From assembly GCF_018977255.1 (NCBI RefSeq), contig NW_024704746.1, positions 4,960,001-5,024,000 of the forward strand: DNA of 64,000 bases, read 5' to 3'. Source of the DNA: Callorhinchus milii. Lineage: Eukaryota. Under the pieces are notes generated by a model. The model worked only from the letters and a program-made list of their open reading frames with translations. It did no database searches and had not been told where the DNA came from. The first letter of the stretch is position 1. Each line of letters starts with the position of its first letter. Shown here one piece after another: positions 12,630-24,800 of this stretch. The position numbers were made by a program, and so were the translations under genes.

Positions 12630-13110
12630 ATTGTCTCATAGAATCATAGAGCACAGAAGGAAAGGAAGCCATTCGGACCATCCTGTCCGCTCTTTCAATA
12701 GAGCTATCCAAATCAATCCCACTCCCCTGCGCCCTCCCCATAGCCCAGCAAACTTGTCCTCCCCAAATAATACTCTACTTCTCTCTTAAAAGTTGTTATC
12801 GAATCAGCTTCCAAAACCCTTTCAGGCAATGCATTCCGTCTGGGCTGGTGCTCACTCTCCACTGGAGCTCTCTACTTGTCTGCTCTTTCCATACAACCCT
12901 TCAAAATATTTTTTCGTTAAGCCATTATGGCCATTTGTTCCACCATCTAAATTTATCTGTGTAAAACTTCTGGTTATAATCCTCAATTACTGTCTACTTG
13001 ATGGTGATCAGTGGAAATACTGTTTATTTACTCTGTGAAACTCATCAGTTTGAAAACCTCTGTCCGATTTTCACCGCCACCTAATAACCTTCTCTGCCCC
13101 CACCTGTTAT
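12630..13110 (-). mobile_element. CR1 LINE 3' fragments
   Basis: CATAGAATCATAGAGCACAGAAGG...GCCATTCGGACCATC is the reverse complement of a CR1 3' end. Confidence 0.65.
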
Positions 13111-13583
13111 GCCCTCTCATCTCTGATATTACCAAGCTAGTCCTGTCATCCCTCTGAAGCTCACAGCCCAGTGCAGTGCTGGGGGAGTGCAGCATTGTCA
13201 GACGTGCTTTCTTCCATTTAACATTTTTAAATATCCCTCGGCACTATTGGAAAAGAGAAGGGAGTTTCTCTCTCCCGATTCCTGGCTGACAATAGTCTGA
13301 ATAAAATTGGTCACTCACTTCATGGCTGTTTGTGGGACGTGCACAAATTGGCTGCCTTGTTTGCCTAACAAATTCAGTCACTGCACTTTGCAGTGCACAG
13401 TGCAAATCCTGTGAACTGCTATGAGATGTTACAATTATGCAATAAATACCATATGAAATGCCGGGATTATTATTATTGTTAGATGAGTAAGATCCTTGAT
13501 ATAAACATTCTGCTGGGTTAGGGAGTTTTGCTTTGCTTCAGGGTTTAAAGGCTTAAAAGAAAAGGTTTCCACCATGTACTCAC

Positions 13584-13618
13584 TCAGAACCAATTCTGTT
13601 CCTTTACCAAACGTGTTC
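13584..13618 (-). CDS. IGKJ: Ig kappa J segment, cluster 1 (NTFGKGTELVL)
   Basis: FGxGT motif, GTGAGT donor in phase 1, adjacent 23-RSS. Confidence 0.93.
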
Positions 13619-13657
13619 CACAGTGTTACATTACAATGATCCGCCCGTACAATATCT
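13619..13657 (+). promoter_or_regulatory. 23-spacer recombination signal sequence of J1
   Basis: CACAGTG (13619-13625) + 23 nt + ACAATATCT (13649-13657). Confidence 0.88.
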
Positions 13658-14818
13658 CAGCCTCCTCCTCCCCCACTGACTGCCCCCCCTCCCCTCTTCC
13701 CCACACACACTGCATTGGGGAAACACACAGCCTGCTCACTAGGATTTATTTAATAATAAAATAATAAACCGTGCACCTGATATCTCGCCTTTCACATGGG
13801 GAGGGCGTCTCACAGAGCTTAATAAGATATATTGTAGAGTGTAGTGACTGTGTAAGTGAACGCAGCAGCCAATTGGTGCACAGCAGCGTCCCACAAACAA
13901 ACATTAAGTGAATCCAAACATTCTCAAAAATCCATCAATTTCATATCTGGCAAAAATATTGTCCATTAAAGTGTATAAAAGTGCTCAAGCCTCTTAATGT
14001 AGATAGTTCCCGTCGCAGGAGCATTAGCAATGCATGAAATTTCACCTGGTCTCAGCCTCAGAATTCTTTATTTTAGCCACTGCTAAAACTAACTTCTCGA
14101 TCTCCCTGCCTCAATCCCTCCACCTCATCCCCTCTTTATCCATCTTTAATCACATTTTAATACCCAGCTCTGCAAGTTGTTGTTGTAATCTGTAATGTGG
14201 AGCAGTGATGGAGAATCCAGTCTGTATTTGAAAGCTGTTTGTTCCCCAGTTTGTTCAAATAAAACTGGCTGCTAAACTCAAACAGACAGACTTTCACAAT
14301 TCTTCCCCTCCGTATGTTCACAATTTGAACAGCAACAACATGAAACAGTGTAGGCAGTGAGAGAAGACAACTGAGCAGTTAGCTCCAGTGGAGGAGCGAG
14401 TAACAATACAGGCTCATGAGGGGAGGTTGGGATCTCTGAGGCTGGAACTACACAAAGCACTTGGTGAAGTGTGTAGGATGTAACTGTGTAACATTCTGTA
14501 TTAAATAACTGTTTTACTAAAAAATTCGAAACTGGTGAAATTAATCTACAACGTGTCCAGTGACAACCAGCAGCTTGGGCTGTTTCTGCCTGTACCTGTA
14601 TAGTGACTGTGTGATGGCTGTGTCTTTGTGTGTGTGTGTGTGTGTGTGTGAATGAGAATATAAGTGTGTGAATGTCAGTGCGTGAACGTGTTTGAGTGTG
14701 CCAATGTGTGTGCGTATGTGTTTGAGTGTGTGAGTGCGTACAATTGTTGAGTGTGAATGAATACGAGTCTATGTGTGAGTCTGTGAGTGTGAGTGTTTGT
14801 GAGCCTATGAATGAGTGA

Positions 14819-14846
14819 GGTTTTTGTAGGGCTGTGTATCACTGTG
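14819..14846 (-). promoter_or_regulatory. 12-spacer RSS of V1
   Basis: Minus strand CACAGTG-ATACACAGCCCT-ACAAAAACC, a perfect consensus; V-12/J-23 is the kappa configuration. Confidence 0.97.
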
Positions 14847-15624
14847 TCGCTAGAGCTCTGGTACCCCATACAATAGTAGTCAGCAAAATCCTCAGGTTGC
14901 ACGCCAGTGATGGTCATTGTGAAAGTAGTGGAGGATTGGTGACCACTGAACCGGGCGGGGGTGCCCGTATAGAGAGTTGTTGCACTGTAAATGAGAAGTT
15001 TGGGACGCTCCCCGGCTTTCTGTTGATACCAGCCAAGGTAGTTGCTGATGCTGCTACTCGCTTTACAGGTGATGGTGGCCGTTTGACCGACAGTCACTGG
15101 CAGCATTGAGGGCGTCTGTGTCATTACAAGCTCACCGCTGACACCTGTGGGGAAGAAAAGCAGGTGATAAACTAACAGCAAAATCTTCCTGTAAAATCAC
15201 AAACCCTGATCCTTACACACTTCATTCCCACCAGCAAAGACACACAGTCTCTAGAGGTTGTGGTTACAACAACAACAACAACAACAAGATTCCACTTATA
15301 GAGCGCCTTTCACGTCAGGAGGACGTCCCAAGGCGCTGCACAGTTGGGTCATGACCCGAGCAGGGGGGAAATGGTCAGGGTGAGGGGAGGGAAGGGAGGG
15401 AGAGAGGAGGGGGAAATGGTCAGGGTGAGGGGAGGGAAGGGAGGGAGCGAGGAGGAGGAAGAGAGTCGAGAGGGGAGCTGAAGGCACGGTCAAAGAGAAA
15501 GAGGCAAAGAGGCACGGTTACTCAGCTAATTCTGCACTGAGAGCGCATGTGAAGCGGGGGAGAGAGAGCGGTTACCAGCGAGCCAGAACACTACAGGCAG
15601 GAGCAGGTGGGTAGAGGACAGCAT
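14847..15624 (-). CDS. IGKV: Ig kappa leader + V segment, cluster 1 (unrearranged)
   Basis: Leader exon 15624..15576 ([16 protein letters not shown]), V exon 15144..14847 (ELVMTQTP...[20 protein letters not shown]...[14 protein letters not shown]); conserved Cys/Trp/Cys; open frame. Confidence 0.96.
15268..15515 (-). mobile_element. Truncated L2/SINE-tail insertion in the V1 leader intron with 6-bp TSD
   Basis: GGTTAC at 15262-15267 and 15516-15521; (TTG)n tail on the minus strand; absent from the homologous cluster-2 intron. Confidence 0.8.
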
Positions 15625-15673
15625 GGTGACCACGTCAGCTCTCACTGTTAATCTGCCGTTCCCTCAGCCACTG

Positions 15674-15711
15674 CTTTATACTTGCAGCCAGGCTCAGGGC
15701 TGTATGCAAAT
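15674..15711 (-). promoter_or_regulatory. Ig V promoter of cluster 1: octamer + TATA
   Basis: ATTTGCAT on the minus strand (15704-15711) and TATAAAG (15674-15680) upstream of the ATG at 15624. Confidence 0.9.
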
Positions 15712-18700
15712 GGCAGCGTATCCCCAGACACAGGGACTGGGCTCCACCCATCCTCTCCTCTCACCCTCCTCTTCACCCTCTTCTCCATTCTTCTCTTTCC
15801 CTCCTCTCCCCTTCTCCTCTTGCTTTGTCTCCTGGATTCTCTCCCATTCCCATTGATGTACCAAACAAGGGGCCAGTGTGAGATTCAATCTGAGCTCATT
15901 GTATAGGGGCGATAATCACACACATGGTCATTATTACAATTAATAATACTCCTTGCGTTTGGTATCGGATTTCACAGCAGGAGGACGGCTGAAAGCACGT
16001 CACAGGATAAAGCTTACTTTACAAGATAAAGTAGTGTTGTAGTGACTGTGTTTTTGTGAGTGATGGCTTTTGGTGCACAGCAAAGGCCCACAAACAGGCA
16101 CCAAGTTTTTTTTTGTTTGCCTTTGGTCAGCCGGCTGTCTGACACACGTGGAAACTCATCACCATGCTTAAGAGATCCAAACCAAACTGAGAATTCCATG
16201 CATCCCATCTACACATTTGGGAGGTTATCGGTCAAGAGACAGGGAGAGACTACATGACAGAATTCCAGAATTCCCCCCCATCGGGCAGCTTCTTAGATGA
16301 TTTCCTGTATCCTGGCTTTGACCACCCTCCCCGGTAACCCTGTCCCTGTCATTAATTCCCCTCCAGGTAATCAGACATGTCCTGAAATTCCGCCCAGTCT
16401 TAGGAAAATCCTGAAATCCAGTCTTGATCTGGAAGGAGGTTTAGTTTTAAGAACCCAGCTCTCAATTCAGACAATGTGACAATTCTCCACAATCTTACCC
16501 TAGTAAAGGCAAAATGGTCTCCCAGGCTAAGACTGGGGGGAATTTCAGGACTCTGCTGTTGCTTCTAAACTTGTTCCTCATGTCCCCGAGCTGTACTAAA
16601 CAGTGACTACTGTGGACAATGGAGTGGATACTGGTCTCAGTTTCTTCCCCTCAGTCTCCCCCTCGCCTTTGGATCACTCACTCTCTCATGCTTGGCCTCT
16701 CACTTCTACCCCTCTATCTCTCGCCCTCCATCCTTGCCTTCTTACCCTCAGTCTGTCTCACTCTCGGTCTCTCCCCCTCAACTCTTGCCTCCGGCCAGCT
16801 GGCTGTGCAGTTATTTACAGATGTGCACCTGCAGTGCTGGCTTCCTGTGTTGCTGTCTGTGTCTTTCCGCTCTGTGAGTTTCTGAGTTATTTTCTGTGTG
16901 GGGGATTTCAGTCTCACTGCTGGAACCTATTAATAACGGTCCCAAGTATCGCAACAACAGCAGGTGAGAACTGTAAGGGCTGAACGCTACCCTCAGTGCT
17001 GTGAGTATAGGGGTAGTGTGGAAAACAACTTTGATGTAGTTACTGACAATATTAATAATTTATGCAATGTAATTATATAAAATGTTATTTATTTAGTTAT
17101 AGGGGTTTCTTATTTAATATATAATATATACATTATATTTTTAAAGTGCAAGTTGCTTAAGCTGGATACATCAGGGCTGGCTGTTTTGTTGGACTTTAAG
17201 CAGTGTCTGAGGGCAACCGAAGTTCCTTTACTTCTTTCCTTCCTGCCCAGCAGAGGAAAGGAAGTGGCAACTCGGAGGTGATTGATAGCTGGCTCCAGGC
17301 TATCAATCAATCACAATTTGACTCCTCCTATTCCCTCCCTTGTTTCTTCCCCGTTCCTCCCCACCTCATTTATTGACCACCCGGCCAGAGCCACTTGTAG
17401 ACTGTGGTAAGGTTTCGGTGGGTTTGAAGCTGTTGAAGGTAGTCGAAGAGGATTTTGAAGGCACGAGACAAAGGGAGTTTGAGAGCAAGTTCCGGAGGGT
17501 GACTAAAGGTTAACAACTGATGGTGGGGCAGAGCGAATGAGAGTAGAGTGGTAATAATAATCCTTACATTTCATATGGCGCCTTTCACATCGGAACTTAC
17601 TGTAAAGTGGAGTGACTGTATTTTATGGACGAATGCGCAGCTAATTTGTGCACAGCAATCTTCCACAATCAGTCATGAAGTGAGTGACTGATTTTATCTG
17701 GGGGGATTGTTGGCCAGGACACCAGGAGAGAGAAACTCCCTTCCTTTTTCCAATAGTGCCATGGGATCTTTAACATCTACCTGAATGGGCAGACGTGACC
17801 TTGGTTTAACATCTCATTCAAAGGAAGGTATCTCTGACAAGGCAGTGCTCCCCCAGTTTTACACTGGAGCATCAGCCTAGAATGTGAGTTCAAATTCCCT
17901 TAGATGGGGCTTGAACCCCCAACCTCTGACTCCGAGACAAGTGACTGAGCCAGACTGATGCTTCCTCAATGTGGGGACCTGGAAGTTGATAGAAATAACC
18001 CGAACACCAGCCCAGCTAACAGCCAACCAGCGACCTGTGTAGCTCAGTGTATTTACTCACGTCAGGACTCGGAACTTACATTTCCAAAGTAGACACTGCA
18101 GTGTAGTGCTGGGGGAGAGGTACATCTGTGGAGGCGCCATCCTTTGGATGAGCAGTGCCTGTACAGCAAAGTGGGGAGAATACAGCAGAGGGACACTGGG
18201 AACTGGGAGGAATGAAACCGTGTCATTTGGGACAATCACGTTTATAATCAAACAAATTACTGGGACTGAGAACATAAGAGTCTGCTGGCGAAAGAAGACC
18301 ACGGTTCATCCAGTTCACCTTCCAACATCCTGGCAGTCGCACGACATGTTATGTCCCAAACTATATATTGTTTTCTAACAGAAAGCTATCTAATTTGTTC
18401 TTGAACAAATCAACACTTTCTGCTTTCACCGTCTCCCTGGGGAGCCTGTTCCATATGTTTACTACTCACTCACCTGAACCAAGAAATTGAATGAAATATA
18501 TCAAGACACAGAGCGAGTTCACAGGACGTGAGAACCAAGAGCCAGAGGTCAAAGACTGGTAACAAGCACTCAGAGGGATCAGACTAGCTGTGAGGCTTCA
18601 GGTTAAGGATTCTCGTTGAGGATCAAACAAAATATTCGCTGAGAAAGCTTCCAGTACATTCTGTACCTGTCTACGAGTGTGCAAGGTTGATGGGGTGGAA

Positions 18701-19299
18701 GAAATACTTCCCAAGAGATTAGTGTCTATTGTTCTGAATTCGCTTTGCTGTCCCCTGATGTGCGAGCCTTTACATTGTTGTCACATTCAATCTGCATTGG
18801 GAGGCACATGGCACAAAATCACCTTAATGTGACTGGCGTGAGATGGATCTCTGGATCTCACTTGCTGGGTAGATGTACTGAGCCACACACACGTCAGGAA
18901 GTCCCATGTCACTGTTGGTTGATCTCACCCTTGTGATGTTCGGGTGGCTTCAGTATACCCACATTGAGGAGTGAATCAGCAGCAGCTTCCTGCTCCTCAT
19001 CACCAGCCAATGCCTCCTGCGGGAAACCAGGTGTGGACAAGAACAGGCTAGTTTGTGATCACAATGTCAATGCTCAGAGGAATGAGTCTATTAGAAGTGC
19101 CCAGGGTCTGAGCTGAGCCAGTGCCCAAGCTGTGCCCAGTGTTGAGCTGTGTCCAGGCTGTGCCCTATGTATAATGTCTGAGCTGTGTACAGTGGCCTCA
19201 GGAGATGAGGAGAATTGCTCTCTTTCAACAAGCTGTAAGTTCATGGTATTGACTCAGGCAAAATCACACCAGAAGTAGGTTTATTTAACAAAATGTATA

Positions 19300-20480
19300 A
19301 GAATAGATGTAATGCATTTAGATTTCCAAAAGGCATTCGAAGATAAAGTATATTTAGTTTTCCAAAAGGCGTATGATAAGGTACCATAAAGTCAGACTGT
19401 GTGGAGTCAGGGGAAAAATAGCAGAATGGAGAGTAAGCTGGCTACAAAACAGAAAATAAGGGTAAAAGGTAGCTACTCAGACTGGCAGGGAGTGGGCATT
19501 GGTATTCCACAAGAAGTGGTATTGTTCACAATATACATTAATGATTTGGACTCGGGAATCAGCAGTACAATTTAAAAATCTGCAAATGACACCAAATTGC
19601 AGGATTAGTTAATACAGGAGGACTGCAACAAATTATAGCGAGACATTAATAAACTTGCTGAATGGGCATTTAAATGACAAATGCATTTTAATGTAGAAAA
19701 GTGTAAGGTGGTACATTTTGGTAGAAGGAATAAGGAAGTCACATACATCCTGGAAAATAAAAACCTAAATGGAGTAGAGGAGTGAAGGTTCCAGGGTTAC
19801 ACATACACAATTCACTAAACATAGGTTAATAAGGCCATAAAAAAGGCAAACCAGGCATTGGGGTTCATCTCTAGAGGGATAGAAATGAAAAGCAGGGCAG
19901 TTATGGTAAATTTCTGTATAACCTTGGTTAGACCACACTTAGAATATTGTGTGCAGTTCTGATCCCCACATTACAGAAGGGATGTAGAGGCACTGGAGAG
20001 GGTACAAAGGAGATTCACAAGGACGATCCCAGAACTGAGAGGTTATAACTATCAGGAAAGGCTGAAAATGGTTGGACTCTTCTCTATTGAAAAGAGGATA
20101 AGGGATGACCTAATGGAGGTCTTTAAAATTATGAAAGGTTTGGATAGGGCAGACATAGGGAAGATGTTTTCACTTGTGGGAGAGACCAAAACCAGGGGTC
20201 ATCAACATAAAATAGTCACAAATAGATCAAATAGGGAAGTCGGAAGAAATGTCTTCACACAGAGAGTAGTGGGAATGTGGAACATGCCACAAGGAGTTGT
20301 TGAGACAAATAGCATACACGTATTTAAGGGAAAGATAGATAGGTACATGAGGGAGAAAGGAATAGAAGGTTATGTTGATAGGCTTAGTTGAGAAAGGGCA
20401 GGAGGCGGCTCATGTGGAGCATAAACACCGGCATAGACCAGTTGAGCCGAATGTCCTGTTTCTGTGCTGTATATTCTGTG
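19300..20480 (+). mobile_element. CR1 LINE 3' portion (degenerate RT C-terminus + 3' UTR)
   Basis: LDFQKAF-like motif at ~19320, [12 protein letters not shown] at ~19925, ORF 20068..20391 (TRGHQHK...FTQRVV), CR1-type 3' end. Confidence 0.9.
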
Positions 20481-21831
20481 CTGCTAATAGAATATCTAAA
20501 ACACGAAGCACACAATGTAACTATGCATTTGACATTGTGCTTTATCATGTCATGGAGATGTCTCAAAATGCTTCCCTCACCACCAGTGCCACCCCCTTCC
20601 TCTCCCCCACAGTGCCAGCCCTTCCCATTCACCCCCTGTGCCAGCCCCTCACCTCCAGTGCCAGCCCTTCCTCCTCAGCCCCACCCCAAAGAATACATTT
20701 AGGTAGGTTTCCCCGAGCCTTACAACTTTCTCAAACAAAGCCACAACCTGTGATTCCCCCAGTCCTCAAAAGAACGGAATCCAGCCCGTTCCTTCTCCAG
20801 TGCATCTGATACACATCTAGTGACTACCCAAAGCGCCTCTGATATCAATGAGATTCCTCAGCAGTTCTTGGTCTCACTATGGTCATCCGAGAGAGACCAA
20901 AGTGTGGATAGATATCACAATATCCTGGCCACAAACAGCCTTCCTGTTAACTCAGATTCCACCTGTTGAATTTCTTCTGTGTAAAGAAATACTTCTTGGT
21001 GCCTGTGCTAAACTCTCCCCCTGCACACCTGTGATCTCATGTACTGAAAGCAATGAAGGTTTCAGTGCTTCCATCGTTAGAGTGGTCTCCCGCAAACAAC
21101 TGCAGGTTTCGCTGCCCAGTTACAGGTAAACATAGTAATGGCAGAATCAAATATCGGGAATTTCAGGGAGGGCAATTTCCCCTCTTCCCTGATTAAATTA
21201 AAATCTATTGATTGATTTTAAAAACGCCTCATATCAGCTGAATTACAAAAATAAATCTACCCGCCACCCATTGACTCCATTATATAAAATATACGGACTG
21301 AAGGAAAGCATCATGAGGGATAATTACATTATCCTGGAGAACAAGACTCCACATTTTCACCCATTGTCAGCCTGAGAACATTTTGTCTTAAAAATCTTGA
21401 CTTCCGAAACAGGCTGAGGCTAGGTAGAATTTCAGGCCTCAGATCCACAGCAAAACACTACAAATCACTTACAGACAAGGGTCAGATTACAGGCGAGGGT
21501 CAGATTACATCTCATTCTTTCAGAATCCTAACCCCACCGTCTGTCCATTACAGCATCGAGACATTTCTTAAATCAGTTCAATGCCCTGGTCTCAGACCCC
21601 TCCTTGGCTACCTTTCACTCTTCTTGTTTTGCGCAGTCTCCTGATCCTCTCCGTCATTTGCCCCTCGCTCCCTCCCCCCCCACCCCGCTATTCTCTTGCT
21701 GTTGTCCCATTGTTGCTTGGCACCCAGCTCTGCTCATCACACGCAAATTGCCCTTCAATAACAAACCGCATTTATATAGCGCCTTTCACGTCAGGAGGAT
21801 GTCCCAAGGCACTCTTGATAGGAGCTGGCCT

Positions 21832-24800
21832 CTAGTCTTTCAGAAAGCGTCTCTCCCATTCAGTGGACCTCAAGGCATTGTAGACCCACAAGGTGAAGTC
21901 AGGAAACATCCCCAAGAAATATTCTTCTGGCGTTCCAACTTTCTCCTGTATCCTAAAGAAGAAAAAAAACATATTAAGCCCAATATGTTCTTCCTTCCTT
22001 AGGCCCTATTAAAAATCCTTTGACACTATTGGAAAAGAGAAGGGGACTTTCTCCTGATGTCCTGGCCAGCAATCCCCCAGATAAATTGGTCACTCATTTC
22101 ATGACTGCTTGTGGGATCTCGCTGAGTGGATGAGTGAATGACCTGTGTCTGTGCAGTGATGTTCCACGATTCTATAAGGTGCTATAAAAGATACAACAAT
22201 ATGGGATTAGGCAGATAACTCAGCTCCAACAACTTATATGCATTTATACAGCACTCTTCACATGGGAAAGTGTCTCGGAGGGCTGGCTCCAAGGGTCAAA
22301 TGGCCTCTTTCTGTGCTGTAATTTCTCTGTCTGACTGAATCTCATTGAGGCCTAATCTGCGCTTGGCCGAGTTGAGTATTGTATGAGTACAGGAAGTGGT
22401 ACAAACTGGCATCAGTCACATACTCTTTGGACTTCTCTCCCAAATGCTCTGTCAGGTTTCGTATGAGCCTCAGCAGATCGCAGGGTGTGTTTTTGAACTT
22501 TGTCTTTGAGTTCTTCTGCGGTTTCTTTTGTGCTCCCATGATCATGCAATTCAGAACTTCTTCATCAATCTGAGGGGAAAGGAAAAAGAGATGTTAAGTT
22601 TGAGTCACTGCTCTAGATTTCTATGCTTCTACTGCAATCCAAGTCCAATCTCCCCCATAGACCACCCACAGAATCTTCACCAGACCTAACCAAATAGGCG
22701 TGCGTGCATTAGATACGAACACACAGAACCAGAAAAGGACATTGTTCTCCACCTTCCATTTCTATTGAGTTGGACGGCTGTAGAGTTTGTCTTAGCGTAA
22801 CATATGTTAGGGGTAGTTGGTGTAACTTTACATAAAATGTTATGCAAAAATGAAGATATGTGTGCTTTGAAGAGTTCAATTGGTTCAGAAGCAATGTGTT
22901 TATCGCAGCTCTCATTAGTTATTGATGTAACTGCATTGTTTTAATCAGAATCAGCTCATGGATGCCAAACTAAAGGACACTCCCAGCTTGTTTAAACCAA
23001 CCAGAAAACTATCAGAAAACTACGGCTCGAGACACTCGACCATTCCAAGGTTCCAGCAACATCGGAAAAGGAAAAAAGCAAAAGAAGAAGAACTGCAACG
23101 ATACAAGAACACAGCTGGAACACAACAGCTAGACATTCAACTTTGATGCCCGTTATTACCAGCTCAACACAGCGGTTACTACTCCCACTGGCCGCTTCCC
23201 AGGATCAGAGAATTAATTCCGCTACCAGCTGTACTACTGGCTGTTCCTGCCATGCAAGAGATATTCACCTACTGCTTATGAACTCGGATATGGTCATTAC
23301 AGTAACATTGTGATAAGTCAGCATAACAGCAAATTTTGTTTGTTGTAACCCTGTCTATTGTAACTATGTTACTGAATTAATGCAACTTTTCTGCCTATTA
23401 AGTAAATGTGCTTTAAAACATAATACACAAGTGACTTTGGTTCCTCTGTTCATGGGCTCCTAATATAACATTTCGGCTAACAGAATAAGCTTTTTCCAGC
23501 CACACTTTTTCAACAGTCTTCAACAGAGTGGTTAATTCCACCTGCTATACCTTTGAACCCAATAGTGTTTCCTGATCTCTGCCAATGCCAATGTCAACCT
23601 CCTTGGCTCACGCTAGCTTGTACCTTGATCTAACCCCAATCCACACAGCCGGCTCTCCTCTCCCTCCCCACCTAGATCAAGAGTAGCTGAAGACTAACTT
23701 CATAAGACAGGAACAAATTGTGAAAGGCCATTCAGCCCATTAGGCAGTGCTTTCCAGTGTGCACAGTAGCTAGCCTCTCATGGAGTCCACTCAGTCCCTG
23801 CTTAGACCAAGACTGCTTTTCTTTCCCTCAACCACATTGCCTCCTCCGTTACCTCACTCGAAACACCACCAAAACCCTTATCCACACTTTCGTCGCTTTC
23901 AGCCCGGACTTTTCTAACGCTCTCCTTACTGATCCCGAGCTCCACAATCCATTAACTTCAACTCATCCACATTCTCACCAAACCCCACACACCCATCCCC
24001 CAGTCTTTGCCAGACTCTCAGCAGATTCTCATCTCTAGTTTGCTCCACACCCTTGCACCTCCCATCTCTCCAATTAGGTAAACAGGATGAGTCCCACCAG
24101 GGAGAGACCGTGCATTCCATACACAGGGATATTTCCCTGTGTAGGTGGCACATGTGGAATTCTCAGCCAGGCTGGGCTGTTCTGTAATCAGCAGTACATT
24201 GGAGTACTACAGACCAGCCTGGCTCAGGAACCGGACTAAGACCATCAGAGGATTGACTTGATTCCAACATTCCGTTGCTAAGCATGTCATCTTGGAGCCA
24301 GTTCAGCTCCAAGGAGGTCCCATGTTTACCACCCCCACTGGAGGACAATCATCAGTTGCTCACTTGATATTGAACAAGCACAGGTTTCAGCTCTCACAAG
24401 GTGGAACTTCCTTCGAGCTTCCTTGTTGGGCAACACAACTCAGCATGAAATACATGAGAGCATTGCCACAGCTCGGACACACATATCATCCCATTGAGCG
24501 ATATCATCTGATCAAAGAAAACCGAATTATGAAAAACAGACCTTTTCTGTCCAAGTATAGAAGGTCTTTTGTTCATCCACCTTGTCATTGAGACACAAGG
24601 TGATGGGAGTGTCTTCTTTGCGAGTTCGTACATCCTCCTCATTAGCCACTTTGTGGAGAAACCCGATCTTTCTGGAGTAACAAACAAAATACCATTACTT
24701 TAGACAATGTCAGCAATATATAGTTCAAAGGACACTATTCCTCCCCTTACCGACCCCTCACCATCCACCCTCCCCAGGCTGACTTACTCTGCTGGTTTCC

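Larger units (their letters stand above)
9380..17005. repeat. Left arm of large inverted segmental duplication (partner ~36605-44110)
   Basis: Reverse-complement matches along the whole arm, e.g. 16981 TGAACGCTACCCTCAGTGCTGTGA vs 36607 CACAGCACTGAGGGTAGCGTTCA; paired ORFs 10568..10912/42585..42929 and 11388..11618/42050..42280. Confidence 0.93.

Noticed and set aside
14847-15144. Germline-joined VJ light chain, as known in some sharks and skates
   Set aside because: Both V segments retain intact 12-RSS and separate J segments with 23-RSS.
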